52,526 nucleotides of DNA from Bacteroidales bacterium (GTDB lineage Bacteria; Bacteroidota; Bacteroidia; Bacteroidales; CAIWKO01), in contig DAOORA010000026.1 in assembly GCA_035389045.1 (NCBI GenBank), positions 1 to 52,526 of the forward strand, given 5' to 3'. Below, piece after piece: positions 1 through 9,371 of this stretch. The position numbers and the translations under genes are program-made. Position 1 is the first letter of the stretch. Each line of letters opens with the position of its first letter. Under the pieces are notes generated by a model, which was not told where the DNA came from, made no database searches, and saw nothing but the letters and a program-made list of their open reading frames with translations.

Positions 1-319
1 GTAAAATTGCCGCAGCTTTTATTTATTTAATTTTTTAACCCTTGATTCGCATTATAAATAAATTTTTAAATAAATTCAAAATTTCCCGGTTTTTTAATTA
101 AACAATAAAAAATATTTTTTTGTTAACAAATCAGTAATTTCCGCTCAGATGGTATAGTATGCATATTATTGTTTATCAAATAGATAAATAATTTTTAAAT
201 GATCCATTTTATTCACAACGATCACACTAACAATTTCTTATTTTTGATATATCAGGACAATTATTGATTTCATTGCGGCAATAGATATTATGTATGCTTA
301 ATTTGCGGCCATGCTGATG

Positions 320-327
320 TATATTTG
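320..327 (+). promoter_or_regulatory. Bacteroidota sigma-A -7 element upstream of the MATE gene
   Basis: TATATTTG matches the TAnnTTTG consensus, 42 nt before the ATG. No well-spaced -33 element seen. Confidence 0.45.
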
Positions 328-369
328 CAGGTATTTTCATTCTTGAGATAATAAAATACGAAAGCATCG

Positions 370-1716
370 ATGAAAAGAACAGCCAATGACCTGGCCAGCG
401 AAAACCTTTGGCATCTATTAATAAAGTATTCTGTCCCTGCCATTATTGCAACAGCTGCCGCATCCATATATAACATCATCGACAGGATCTTTATAGGACA
501 AGGTGTAGGGCCTTTGGCTATATCAGGACTGGCGCTCACATTTCCATTAATGAACATCACAGCTGCTTTTGGCGCCATGGTTGGAGTCGGCTCAAGTTCC
601 ATGTTGTCGATCAGGCTCGGACAGCACGACAGGAAGGGTGCAACACAAATACTTGGCAATGCTGTTATGCTGAATGTTATTCTGGGTATCTCTGTCGCAC
701 TCATTATCTATATTTTTCTTGAACCAATTCTTTATGCCATGGGAGGCAGCAATGAAACTATTCCCTATGCTAAAGAATTCATGCAGGTCATATTAATTGG
801 TAATGTTTTTACACATCTTTACTATGGGATGAACAACATTATCCGTGCTTCGGGATACCCCGGTAAAGCAATGGCCATCACGCTGCTTTCAGTGGTTGTC
901 AATCTGGTTCTTGCCCCTCTTTTTATTTTTGCCTTCCGGTGGGGTATAAAAGGAGCTGCCCTGGCCACTGTGGCAGCTCAGTTTACAGGGGCGGGTGTTG
1001 CTGCACTGCACTTTATGAAAAGCAGCAGTTTTGTACACTTCCTTCCCGGTTATATGAGATTAAAGAAAGTTATCATCAAAGATATCATTTCCATAGGCAT
1101 GTCACAATTTCTCATGCTTATATGCGCCAGCATCGTGGTTTCCATCCTGAACCTGGGGCTCCGTAAGCATGGCGGGGACTATGCCATTGGCGCTTATGGG
1201 ATCATCAACAGCATCATGAACCTCATAGCTATGGTAGTATTGGGATTATGCCAGGGCATGCAGCCCATTGCAGGGTATAATTTCGGCGCCCAACAAATGG
1301 CACGGGTCACCAAAGTATTCCGGCTTACCATCGTGGCGGGAACGTTGGTCACATGCACCGGTTTTCTGCTTGTTGAACTATTCCCATACCTTATCAGTTC
1401 TGCATTCACGACAGATGAAGCACTGATACAATTATCGGCTACCGGGCTGAGAATTTGTTTTGCTGTGTTTCCTATTGTCGGATTTCAGATCGTGACATCA
1501 AGTTTTTTCCAGTCTATCGGCAAAGCTAAGATTTCAATATTACTGTCGCTGACAAGGCAGGTTCTGTTTCTTATTCCCATGTTATTGATCCTGCCCAGTT
1601 TCTGGCAATTGAACGGAGTATGGATGGCCATTCCTGCTGCAGATTTTTCAGCTTCAATGCTCACTTTTATTGTCATGAAACAGCAGCTGAAAAAGCTAAA
1701 AAACATACATTATTAA
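370..1716 (+). CDS. MATE family efflux transporter (MepA-like)
   Basis: 448 aa, about 12 hydrophobic segments, two internal halves. N-terminal motif YSVPAIIATAAASIYNIIDRIFIGQGVG and second-half QGMQPIAGYNFGA are typical of MATE proteins. Confidence 0.93.
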   Translation: MKRTANDLASENLWHLLIKYSVPAIIATAAASIYNIIDRIFIGQGVGPLAISGLALTFPLMNITAAFGAMVGVGSSSMLSIRLGQHDRKGATQILGNAVMLNVILGISVALIIYIFLEPILYAMGGSNETIPYAKEFMQVILIGNVFTHLYYGMNNIIRASGYPGKAMAITLLSVVVNLVLAPLFIFAFRWGIKGAALATVAAQFTGAGVAALHFMKSSSFVHFLPGYMRLKKVIIKDIISIGMSQFLMLICASIVVSILNLGLRKHGGDYAIGAYGIINSIMNLIAMVVLGLCQGMQPIAGYNFGAQQMARVTKVFRLTIVAGTLVTCTGFLLVELFPYLISSAFTTDEALIQLSATGLRICFAVFPIVGFQIVTSSFFQSIGKAKISILLSLTRQVLFLIPMLLILPSFWQLNGVWMAIPAADFSASMLTFIVMKQQLKKLKNIHY

Positions 1717-1743
1717 TGATAATTACCTTCATTTATTAATTTT

Positions 1744-1937
1744 TCATCGTTTAAATCAACTCCAAAAAGCCCCGTTTTTCTTATCCTGCGACTTTTTGCC
1801 CTTTATCCCAAAGGGAAGTCGCAAAAAATCAGCCTCCCCTGCCTGCTGCAGTGCGCAGCACGTCAGGCGGGTTTTGGGCCGGGGCAATGCTGATTTTCAA
1901 AAATCATACTTTTCGGAGTGAGATCATCGTTTAAATC
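1744..1937. mobile_element. MITE/REP-like structured intergenic element
   Basis: 14-bp direct repeat TCATCGTTTAAATC at 1744-1757 and 1924-1937. Inverted ends ACTCCAAAAAG (1759-1769) / CTTTTCGGAGT (1909-1919), 10/11 match. GC-rich nested hairpins inside. Confidence 0.6.
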
Positions 1938-1947
1938 CAAGCCGGAT

Positions 1948-2874
1948 TTATTGCACCAAAACCCTTATTGCCGAAGGGACAATACGAATATGAACGGGCG
2001 TAAAACCAACAAATTCGCCATCGATTTCAAAAGGCATTTTTCCGGATAAGGATTCGAGGGATAATTCAGTGGCTGTATAATATTTTAATTCGGGTAAATC
2101 CGGTTTTTTACATTTACGTACCACGGAGAGTTTTTTCAGATAATCGAACAAAGAAACATTGCCAATGGCAGTCACTGAAAAAACTCCGTCATCAATTAAG
2201 GCATCGGGAGCAATACCAAGACCATTACCATAATATTTTCCATTAGCTATGACGAAGTCCATGACAATACCCTCATAACTGAAGGTATCTGCTTTTGCTC
2301 TGAGCGGCTTTTTCTTATAGGTAAGAAACGTGCCCAGGATCGCACGCTGGTAGTTGAATAAGGCATTCATACGCTTCGAATAGACACTCTGTTTCTCGAC
2401 GACCACCGCTCCCATGCCGACATCAGCAATATTGACCAGATAACGGCTTCGCTCCCCGCCCGCGACAGATTCAAAGCGAGCCAGACACAGGTCAATACGT
2501 TTTGAATGATCAGTTTCAACAGCATTTTTTAGTTCGCCGGGATCTTGTGGTACCGGTACTGTTTTTACGAAATCATTACCTGATCCTTTTGGAAGAACAC
2601 CCAGACGGATACGGCTCCATTGCTCCTCACCCATCAGCGCATGTGTTTTCATCATTCCATTGACAACCTCATGCAGGCAGCCATCGCCGCCAACGCATAT
2701 TACGTGAGTGAATCCTTCATTAAGAGCCTGTTCAGCAAGCAATATGGCATGGCCGGCATATTCCGTGAGAAACTTTTTAAGTTTGTGAGCCTGTCCGAAA
2801 CTTTTTTCAAAGTTCTGAAACATCTGGTTTTTGTTCTTTTTTCTTCCGTCTATTATGAATGCAATATCGGCCAT
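1948..2874 (-). CDS. Diacylglycerol/lipid kinase family protein (YegS/BmrU/Rv2252-like)
   Basis: TEYAGHA, VGGDGCLHEVVNG, LPKGSGNDF, NGKYYGNG and EIDGE motifs of the DAGK catalytic family. Confidence 0.92.
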   Translation of the reverse strand: MADIAFIIDGRKKNKNQMFQNFEKSFGQAHKLKKFLTEYAGHAILLAEQALNEGFTHVICVGGDGCLHEVVNGMMKTHALMGEEQWSRIRLGVLPKGSGNDFVKTVPVPQDPGELKNAVETDHSKRIDLCLARFESVAGGERSRYLVNIADVGMGAVVVEKQSVYSKRMNALFNYQRAILGTFLTYKKKPLRAKADTFSYEGIVMDFVIANGKYYGNGLGIAPDALIDDGVFSVTAIGNVSLFDYLKKLSVVRKCKKPDLPELKYYTATELSLESLSGKMPFEIDGEFVGFTPVHIRIVPSAIRVLVQ

Positions 2875-2889
2875 AGTTTATTTTGTTTT

Positions 2890-4407
2890 TTATAAAAAAT
2901 CCGGGTGATACTCCAGCCAATGTTGGCGATATTTCATCACCTGCATGTCAGTCCAATCGTAATTTTTATCAAGCGCTTCCGCCATTATTCCGGCTACTTT
3001 GCGTACACCATTTTCATCAAAGTTTTTCATAGCATAAGTGATCGAGGTTCTTCGTGTTAAAACATCGGACAATTCCCGTGCAAATGTACATCGAATGTGA
3101 TAATTGATCCCGGCTCCGGTGAGTTCAAACCCTTTAATCAATGCTTCATCCGCCGCATTATTTTCATTACTATAATCCTCAGCGATAACTTCATCCTCTG
3201 TTGGTTGCACAGCAACTTCAGAGATATTTTTACGCTTAAGACGTCTTTCTGCAAAGACCAGACATTTTTTACCCATTGATAAAAATGAGGTCAGTTTGCC
3301 TCCGGCTATGTTCAGAAAATTTGATGAACTCCACCAGATACGGTATTCCCGCGAACGAAGATAGCTGCCATTGTTATGTTTATCATCCAGCATAGGGCGT
3401 AATCCTGCATAAACCCCGACAATGTCACGGGAGGTTAGTTTTGACGAAGGAAAGTTTTTATTATAAGAGTTAAGTAAATAATTGATGTCGCCCTGCTGAA
3501 CAACAGCTTTTTCAGGGTGGCCGCTATATTCGGTGTCGGTAGTACCCAACACCGTCAGGCCATGTTCCCAGGGAAAACAATAAACGTAACGTTTATCATC
3601 AGCGCCTGATTGCACTAAGGCCACATAATGCGAAGGAATCTTAGCAGCGGGAACCATTACATGAATACCTTTGCTGGGTTTCATCACCTGTTGATGTTTG
3701 CCAAAAGCACGATCCAGTACCTCATCAGTCCAAACCCCTGTGGCATTAATGTATACCTGTGCATTTACCGAGAAGTCCTGTCCATCAGTATTATCAGTAC
3801 ATTCCATGAATTGAATCCATCCATCCCGCTGTACAAACTTTTTTGCTTCACAATAGTTTAATACGACAGCTCCTTTTTTAAATGATTCTTTAATTGACTG
3901 TATGGTCAACAAAGCATCGTTCACCCAACCGTCCCAATATAGTATACCTCCTTTCAACTTATTATGATTTATACCGGGAAGATATTTTTCGACTTCATCA
4001 GCAGATAATTTTCGTGAACTACTCAAAACTGAGCGTCCGGCAAGTTTGCAGTAAAAACGTATGAACAGCGCCATTACGGCAAGAAACAATGATGAATTAT
4101 AAACCGGCATTATGAAAGGCAGAGGCTTGACAAGTCCAGGAAATGTTCTGAACAGGTGTTCACGTTCATGCAAGGCTTCACGTACCATGCTAAGTTTCAT
4201 CATTTTCAGATATCGTAAACCTCCGTGTATCATTTTGGATGAGCGGCTGCTGGTGCCTGAAGCAAAATCCTGCTTGTCGATAAGGATGGTTTTCCATCCG
4301 CGCCGTATGGCATGAGCCATTATTCCGGCGCCGGTGATCCCCCCTCCGATGATGCACACATCAAAGGATTCATTTTTTGCCTTTGACACCAACGCAGTTC
4401 TATTCAT
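2890..4407 (-). CDS. glpD: FAD-dependent glycerol-3-phosphate dehydrogenase/oxidase
   Basis: IIGGGITGAG FAD-binding motif, DFASGTSSRSSKMIHGGLRYL, KGIH, GTTD, AGLRP and GGKLT. Start overlaps the stop of the upstream gene. Confidence 0.92.
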   Translation of the reverse strand: MNRTALVSKAKNESFDVCIIGGGITGAGIMAHAIRRGWKTILIDKQDFASGTSSRSSKMIHGGLRYLKMMKLSMVREALHEREHLFRTFPGLVKPLPFIMPVYNSSLFLAVMALFIRFYCKLAGRSVLSSSRKLSADEVEKYLPGINHNKLKGGILYWDGWVNDALLTIQSIKESFKKGAVVLNYCEAKKFVQRDGWIQFMECTDNTDGQDFSVNAQVYINATGVWTDEVLDRAFGKHQQVMKPSKGIHVMVPAAKIPSHYVALVQSGADDKRYVYCFPWEHGLTVLGTTDTEYSGHPEKAVVQQGDINYLLNSYNKNFPSSKLTSRDIVGVYAGLRPMLDDKHNNGSYLRSREYRIWWSSSNFLNIAGGKLTSFLSMGKKCLVFAERRLKRKNISEVAVQPTEDEVIAEDYSNENNAADEALIKGFELTGAGINYHIRCTFARELSDVLTRRTSITYAMKNFDENGVRKVAGIMAEALDKNYDWTDMQVMKYRQHWLEYHPDFL

Positions 4408-6082
4408 CGTATAATTTTCCGGGGTTTAAAATACTTTTCGGATCACAAGTTTTTTTTATATTACCGAGTATTTCCAAAGTCAGAGCATCCGTTTTTTTTA
4501 CATACCACGGCTGATGCATACGGCCGATGCTATGGTGATGCGATACCGCACCGCCTGATCTGACAATAAAATCAGTCACAAGCTTTTTTATTTCCTGCCA
4601 TTGTGCTAAAGGATTTGAAGTATCCCTGACCGCAATCACGGTAAAATAAATACTGCAGCATGAGCTGTAGACATGTGACAGGTGCGACATCAGTATCCCT
4701 TTGTCATAGCCAAAAGCTGCCGACTTTTGCAATTCAGCCAGCAGTTGATGTTTAAATGTATTTATCTTATCCCAGGGCAAGACTGTTTCCATGGTATCCA
4801 CCAGTATTCCATTTTCAAGAAGGTCGTCGCGCAGGTAGGGCAGGTCGAAACGTGACCGTTCCCACTTCCTGCCCGGTTTTTCACCCACCAGAAAACCTTT
4901 ATGTTTACGGATAATTTCCACAGCAATCATGCTTCGCACCAGTATATCTTCTTTCTCACCATCAAAGCGTAACAACAAAATACTCGGTCTTTTTATTCCT
5001 TTTGACCGCAACAACAAATCATTAAAGGAAGACTTGATTTTTGAAAAGAAGGTGAACGGTTTATGCGAAATATATTGAAGAAAAAAAGTCTCCTGTTCAT
5101 CGGAATAACGCACCACCGCAGGATGTATATTTTTTTGGACAATCTTTCGGACTGCTTCAGTACCCGTTTCAAATGACGGAAACAAGGCCACCAGCCATTT
5201 TTTGTTTTCCGGTAGCCGGTGAATGCGCATCAGGGCTTCGGTAATAACACCGAACATACCTTCGCTGCCAAAAAAAAGATGCCTGAGATTGACTCCTTCC
5301 GCATCATGTTCATAGCCACCTGTATTTATTGTTCCCCGTGGTGTGGCCACCTTGAGCGCAATGACCATATCCTCTATTCGTCCGTAACCCGAAGATTCCT
5401 GACCAGCGGAATGTGTGGCTATCCAACCGCCTAAAACCGAAAATTCGAAAGACTGGGGAAAATGCCCAAGCGTAAATCCACTCTTATTCAAATTGTATTC
5501 TATGTCAGGCCCGGAAATTCCCGCCTCGAATAAAGCGGTATGATTGACAGGATCCACATTAAGCATTTTTTTCATCAGTGACATATCGAGCATCACACAG
5601 GGTTTATTATAATCTTTACGGTTAAAAGCGCCAACCACGTTGCTGCCCCCGCCGAACGGGACAACAAGCATGTCATGCTCAGAACATACGTTCAGAATTT
5701 GTATTACTTCATCGTGATTCCCGGGAAACACCACAGCGTCGGGCAAATGAACCGGAATATGTTCTATTACCAATAGCAGGTCAGCATAACTTTTTCCTAC
5801 CGACCGGGAAAGACGTGTTTCCATGTCTGCAGAAATTTTTATTCGAGGCAGTTTTGCTGAAAAAACGCCGATTATCAGCGGCACATTTTCATCTGTGCTA
5901 ACAATGTTGAATTCATCCGTTTCTGTATTAATACTGTTGAAATCCAGGTTAAAACGGTCATACAGAAGCTGATGCAATCGCGGAAAATCGGATAGTTTAA
6001 ATCTCTTTGAAGCTATGCCCCATTTCCACCAGTTATTGTCGGAAATATATTTTTGTATACCCAATGATGTTTTGTTTTTCAA
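4400..6082 (-). CDS. FAD-linked oxidoreductase, alkyl-dihydroxyacetone-phosphate synthase (AGPS/AgpS)-like
   Basis: VAO/PCMH-fold motifs PDAVVFP, VPFGGGSNV, GHFPQSFEFSVLGGWIAT..GQES.GYGRIED and GSEG.FGVIT. C-terminal SHHHSIG and DPKSILNPGK resemble the AGPS HHH motif. TTG start uncertain. Confidence 0.82.
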   Translation of the reverse strand: MKNKTSLGIQKYISDNNWWKWGIASKRFKLSDFPRLHQLLYDRFNLDFNSINTETDEFNIVSTDENVPLIIGVFSAKLPRIKISADMETRLSRSVGKSYADLLLVIEHIPVHLPDAVVFPGNHDEVIQILNVCSEHDMLVVPFGGGSNVVGAFNRKDYNKPCVMLDMSLMKKMLNVDPVNHTALFEAGISGPDIEYNLNKSGFTLGHFPQSFEFSVLGGWIATHSAGQESSGYGRIEDMVIALKVATPRGTINTGGYEHDAEGVNLRHLFFGSEGMFGVITEALMRIHRLPENKKWLVALFPSFETGTEAVRKIVQKNIHPAVVRYSDEQETFFLQYISHKPFTFFSKIKSSFNDLLLRSKGIKRPSILLLRFDGEKEDILVRSMIAVEIIRKHKGFLVGEKPGRKWERSRFDLPYLRDDLLENGILVDTMETVLPWDKINTFKHQLLAELQKSAAFGYDKGILMSHLSHVYSSCCSIYFTVIAVRDTSNPLAQWQEIKKLVTDFIVRSGGAVSHHHSIGRMHQPWYVKKTDALTLEILGNIKKTCDPKSILNPGKLYDE

Positions 6083-6288
6083 TAAAAGCTCAAATTTAAC
6101 GAACAGCGCCCAAATTTATCTTCAAAAATAATTGTATTTAATGATTTGAGCAAATGTTATCTGTAGTTTTCTTTCAACAAAACATACAAAAAAACAGAAG
6201 GACATTTTTTTTATAAATAGTTTTTGTATAAAAAAAATTAGTAGGTTTGTGTACTAAAAATTATTATTTTTCTAAATATTATACTGAT

Positions 6289-7758
6289 ATGAAAACTACC
6301 GGAATTGATTACTACAAAGATGCCGCAAAACGTGCAGCACAATGGCATTCAGAAAATATTGGCAGAATGAAAAAATGCCGCTTCGATACCATTGCGGTGC
6401 ATGGAGTTTATTCCATGCAGGAAGCGCTTGATTTTAATCAGGGCTCAATTATCGAACCTATATATATGTCCTCATCGCAGGCTTACCGTGATTCGGATGA
6501 AATGGAAGCTGCATTGGCATACCAGGTACCAACATGGTGTTATTCGCGCATCGGCAACCCAAGTATGTACTATTTTGAAGGTGCCATGGCGTTGCTTGAA
6601 GGGTACGGCATGGAAACCGGAACGTCCTGTTGTGCTACATCTTCGGGAATGGCCGCTATCGCAAGCGCTACCGAACCATTTCTTGCTGTGGATCCAAAAA
6701 ATCCGAATCAGAAAATGAATTTTGTGGCTACCTGCCAGGTCTATGGTGGAACATTCCAGCAGTTTGGCGTGCGTAAAGATCAGGAACGCAACATCGAATG
6801 GCGCAAGATTGTCAACTCAAATGATATGAATGAATGGGAATCCAAAATAGATAAAAACACCCGCTTCCTTTATGGCGAAATGCCGAGCAATCCTTCTCAG
6901 GCATTCTTCGATCTGAAAAAAGTAATTGAACTGGGACATGCACATGGTATCCCCGTGATCATCGATAATACGGTGGCCACTCCTGCCCTGCTGCGGCCAT
7001 TAACACTCGGCGCCGATGTTGTGATACAATCGTCAACCAAAACCCTCACTTCAAGCGGATTTGCTATTTCCGGCGCTGTCATCGCACGCGACAACTTAAT
7101 ATCACGCTATAGTTGTGAAGAGCTAAAAGCATGCTACGGTGGATACCTCAAGCAACTACCTAACCGGGATATGGGTCCAAACATTTCACCCATGAATGCT
7201 ATTTTAGCGTTGAACGATATGCGCACCCTACGGTCCAAAGTAGATATGTTCAGCCGCAGCACTATGAAAGTTGCCAAATACCTCGAATCACACAAACATA
7301 TTGCACAGGTTGATTATCTTGGTCTTGAATCGCATCCTTTGCATAAACTTGCTTCAGAATACCTGTGGCTGGTTGATGCCGAATATGATGAGATGTACGG
7401 CAAACCTGTGAACCGCTATGGGCACCTGATGTCGTTCCATGTTAAAGGTGATGCACAGCAAACCCGCGACGTATTTGATGCTTTCCAGAGAATATGGCGG
7501 GCCACAGACCTCGGACGTATTAAATCCGTGGCGACTATCCCTGCCATATCTACCCATTCCCAACAGGGTGAAGAAGGGCGTAAACTGGCCGGCATCCCGT
7601 CTAACCTGATCCGGCTGTGTGTTGGCGGAGAACATCCCGATGACGTTATTGCTGATCTGGATCAGGCATTATCAGTACTCGACGGTAAAAAAGTATTCTT
7701 CTCAGCACCCGAATATTCTGCCGGAGGCGCTTCCTCTGCTGTTCTAAATAAAAAATAA
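6289..7758 (+). CDS. PLP-dependent Cys/Met metabolism (transsulfuration gamma-family) enzyme, divergent
   Basis: YSRIGNP, SSGMAAI, YGGT, EMPSNP, DNTVATP, PLP-lysine in SSTK, and LIRLCVGGE..DVIADLDQAL. ATG 6289 preferred over the TTG at 6247. Confidence 0.88.
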   Translation: MKTTGIDYYKDAAKRAAQWHSENIGRMKKCRFDTIAVHGVYSMQEALDFNQGSIIEPIYMSSSQAYRDSDEMEAALAYQVPTWCYSRIGNPSMYYFEGAMALLEGYGMETGTSCCATSSGMAAIASATEPFLAVDPKNPNQKMNFVATCQVYGGTFQQFGVRKDQERNIEWRKIVNSNDMNEWESKIDKNTRFLYGEMPSNPSQAFFDLKKVIELGHAHGIPVIIDNTVATPALLRPLTLGADVVIQSSTKTLTSSGFAISGAVIARDNLISRYSCEELKACYGGYLKQLPNRDMGPNISPMNAILALNDMRTLRSKVDMFSRSTMKVAKYLESHKHIAQVDYLGLESHPLHKLASEYLWLVDAEYDEMYGKPVNRYGHLMSFHVKGDAQQTRDVFDAFQRIWRATDLGRIKSVATIPAISTHSQQGEEGRKLAGIPSNLIRLCVGGEHPDDVIADLDQALSVLDGKKVFFSAPEYSAGGASSAVLNKK

Positions 7759-7793
7759 TAATATAAATAATCAAACATTAACCTTCATTTTTT

Positions 7794-8810
7794 ATGAAAC
7801 ACAAAATTGCATTAATAGGCTTTGGTACCGTCGGACAAGGTATCAGCGAGATTCTTCTCAACAAAAAGAAATATCTGAAAGATAATTACAAATTTGATTT
7901 TGATATTGTAGCTGTTGCTGATTTCGTTTACGGAAACTGTTATAACCCCAAAGGGCTTGATGTAACTTACATGCTGAAAACCGCCAAAGCAAAGAAGAAG
8001 TTTAACAAAGACCTGTACAAAAAAGACACACTATCACTGATTAAAAACTGCAACGCCGACATGGTCTGTGAACTTACTTACACCGATCTGAAAACCGGTG
8101 GACCAGCCATTGACCATGTAAAAACTGCACTCAGCGCAAAAAAACATGTAGTTACCAGCAATAAAGGGCCTGCAGCATTGAAATACCAGGAATTCAGCAA
8201 ACTCGCCAAAAAGAATGGCGTAAGATTTATGATCGAAGGGACTGTGGTTGCCGGAACGCCCATCATCAACCTCAGCAAAGGTCCGTTGGCCGGTTGCGAG
8301 ATCAGTAAAATAAAAGGAATACTTAACGGTACTACCAACTATATGCTTACTGAAATGGAAAAAGGCATGGACTATGCTTCTGTTTTGAAAGTGGCTCAGG
8401 AACTGGGTTACGCTGAAGCCGACCCCACCGGCGATGTGGAAGGTTACGATGCAAGAGGGAAAGTATGTATATTGGCAAATGTTGTGATGGGTGCACCATT
8501 AAAAATAAATGATATTTCTTGTAAAGGGATTACAAAGATCACACCCAAAGACATTGAAAAAGCAAAGAAAGAAGGCAAACGCTGGAAACTGATCGGTTGT
8601 GTTGAAAATAAAAATGGAAAAGTAAGTGGATCGGTTAGTCCTGAAATGGTAGAACTAACTCACCCGCTTGCCGGAGTGATGGGTGCAAATAATGCACTTA
8701 CTTTTACCACGGATATGTTAGGTGATGTCACTGTAGTTGGTCCCGGAGCCGGAAGAATCCAGACGGGATACGCTATTTTGACTGATATACTGGCGATACA
8801 TAAAGGTTAG
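7794..8810 (+). CDS. hom: Homoserine dehydrogenase (short form, no ACT domain)
   Basis: IGFGTVG, VVTSNKGP, EGTVVAGTPII, GILNGTTNYML, AQELGYAEADPTGDVEGYDA and GPGAG motifs; 338 aa. Confidence 0.94.
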   Translation: MKHKIALIGFGTVGQGISEILLNKKKYLKDNYKFDFDIVAVADFVYGNCYNPKGLDVTYMLKTAKAKKKFNKDLYKKDTLSLIKNCNADMVCELTYTDLKTGGPAIDHVKTALSAKKHVVTSNKGPAALKYQEFSKLAKKNGVRFMIEGTVVAGTPIINLSKGPLAGCEISKIKGILNGTTNYMLTEMEKGMDYASVLKVAQELGYAEADPTGDVEGYDARGKVCILANVVMGAPLKINDISCKGITKITPKDIEKAKKEGKRWKLIGCVENKNGKVSGSVSPEMVELTHPLAGVMGANNALTFTTDMLGDVTVVGPGAGRIQTGYAILTDILAIHKG

Positions 8811-8816
8811 AGGTTG

Positions 8817-8900
8817 GTTCGGAGTTCGGAGTTCGGAGTTCGGAGTTTTGAGTTTTGAGTTCGGAGTTAATAGTTTCGAGTTACGAGTTACGAGTTAATA
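8817..8900 (+). repeat. Heptamer tandem array GTTnnnA x12
   Basis: GTTCGGA x4, GTTTTGA x2, GTTCGGA, GTTAATA, GTTTCGA, GTTACGA x2, GTTAATA, all in exact 7-nt register. Confidence 0.95.
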
Positions 8901-8917
8901 ATTATAAGTTTAATTAT

Positions 8918-9307
8918 ATGGCAACATTTACTGGTTTTGAAGAAATTGACGCTTGGAAAAAAGCCAGACAATTATGCAATACCACCTTCAGATTAATAAT
9001 GACTTCAGAGTTGGGAAAAGACTTTGGATTAAGAGACCAGATAAACAGATCAAGCGGATCAATAATGGTTAATATTGCGGAAGGTAGTGAAAGAGGCGGA
9101 AACAAGGAATTTATTCAGTTTTTATTCATTGCAAAATCATCAAATTCAGAATTTAAATCTCAGTTATATCGAATTCTTGACCGGAATTATATTAATGAAG
9201 AAGAATTTAAAAAAATCATGACATTGTCAAATGAAATAAGCAAAATGATCGGTGGTTTGATAAAATACCTAAAACAATCTGATCTAAAAGGTAGCAAATT
9301 CAAATGA
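8918..9307 (+). CDS. Four-helix-bundle protein (23S rRNA intervening-sequence protein / Avd-like family)
   Basis: FEEIDAWKKA...DFGLRDQINRSSGSIMVNIAEGSERGGNKEFIQFLFIAKSSNSEFKSQL matches the family signature. ATG 8918 preferred; the 8855 extension only translates the repeat array. Confidence 0.92.
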   Translation: MATFTGFEEIDAWKKARQLCNTTFRLIMTSELGKDFGLRDQINRSSGSIMVNIAEGSERGGNKEFIQFLFIAKSSNSEFKSQLYRILDRNYINEEEFKKIMTLSNEISKMIGGLIKYLKQSDLKGSKFK

Positions 9308-9309
9308 GC

Positions 9310-9351
9310 AACCTTGAACTAAGAACTTTGAACACTAAACTTAAAACAAAC
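9310..9351 (+). repeat. Heptamer tandem array AACnnnn x6, complementary in phase to the upstream array
   Basis: AACCTTG AACTAAG AACTTTG AACACTA AACTTAA AACAAAC, starting 2 nt after the stop codon. Confidence 0.8.
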
Positions 9352-9371
9352 AAAAAATTATACACCATTTT

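Noticed and set aside
6083..6288. SAM riboswitch or T-box ahead of the Met-family enzyme
   Set aside because: The region is A/T homopolymer-rich with no recognisable conserved helices.
8817..8900. CRISPR array or coding N-terminal extension (ORF from 8855)
   Set aside because: The units are 7-nt tandem repeats with no spacers and no cas genes. The extension is only translated repeat ahead of the family-typical start at 8918.
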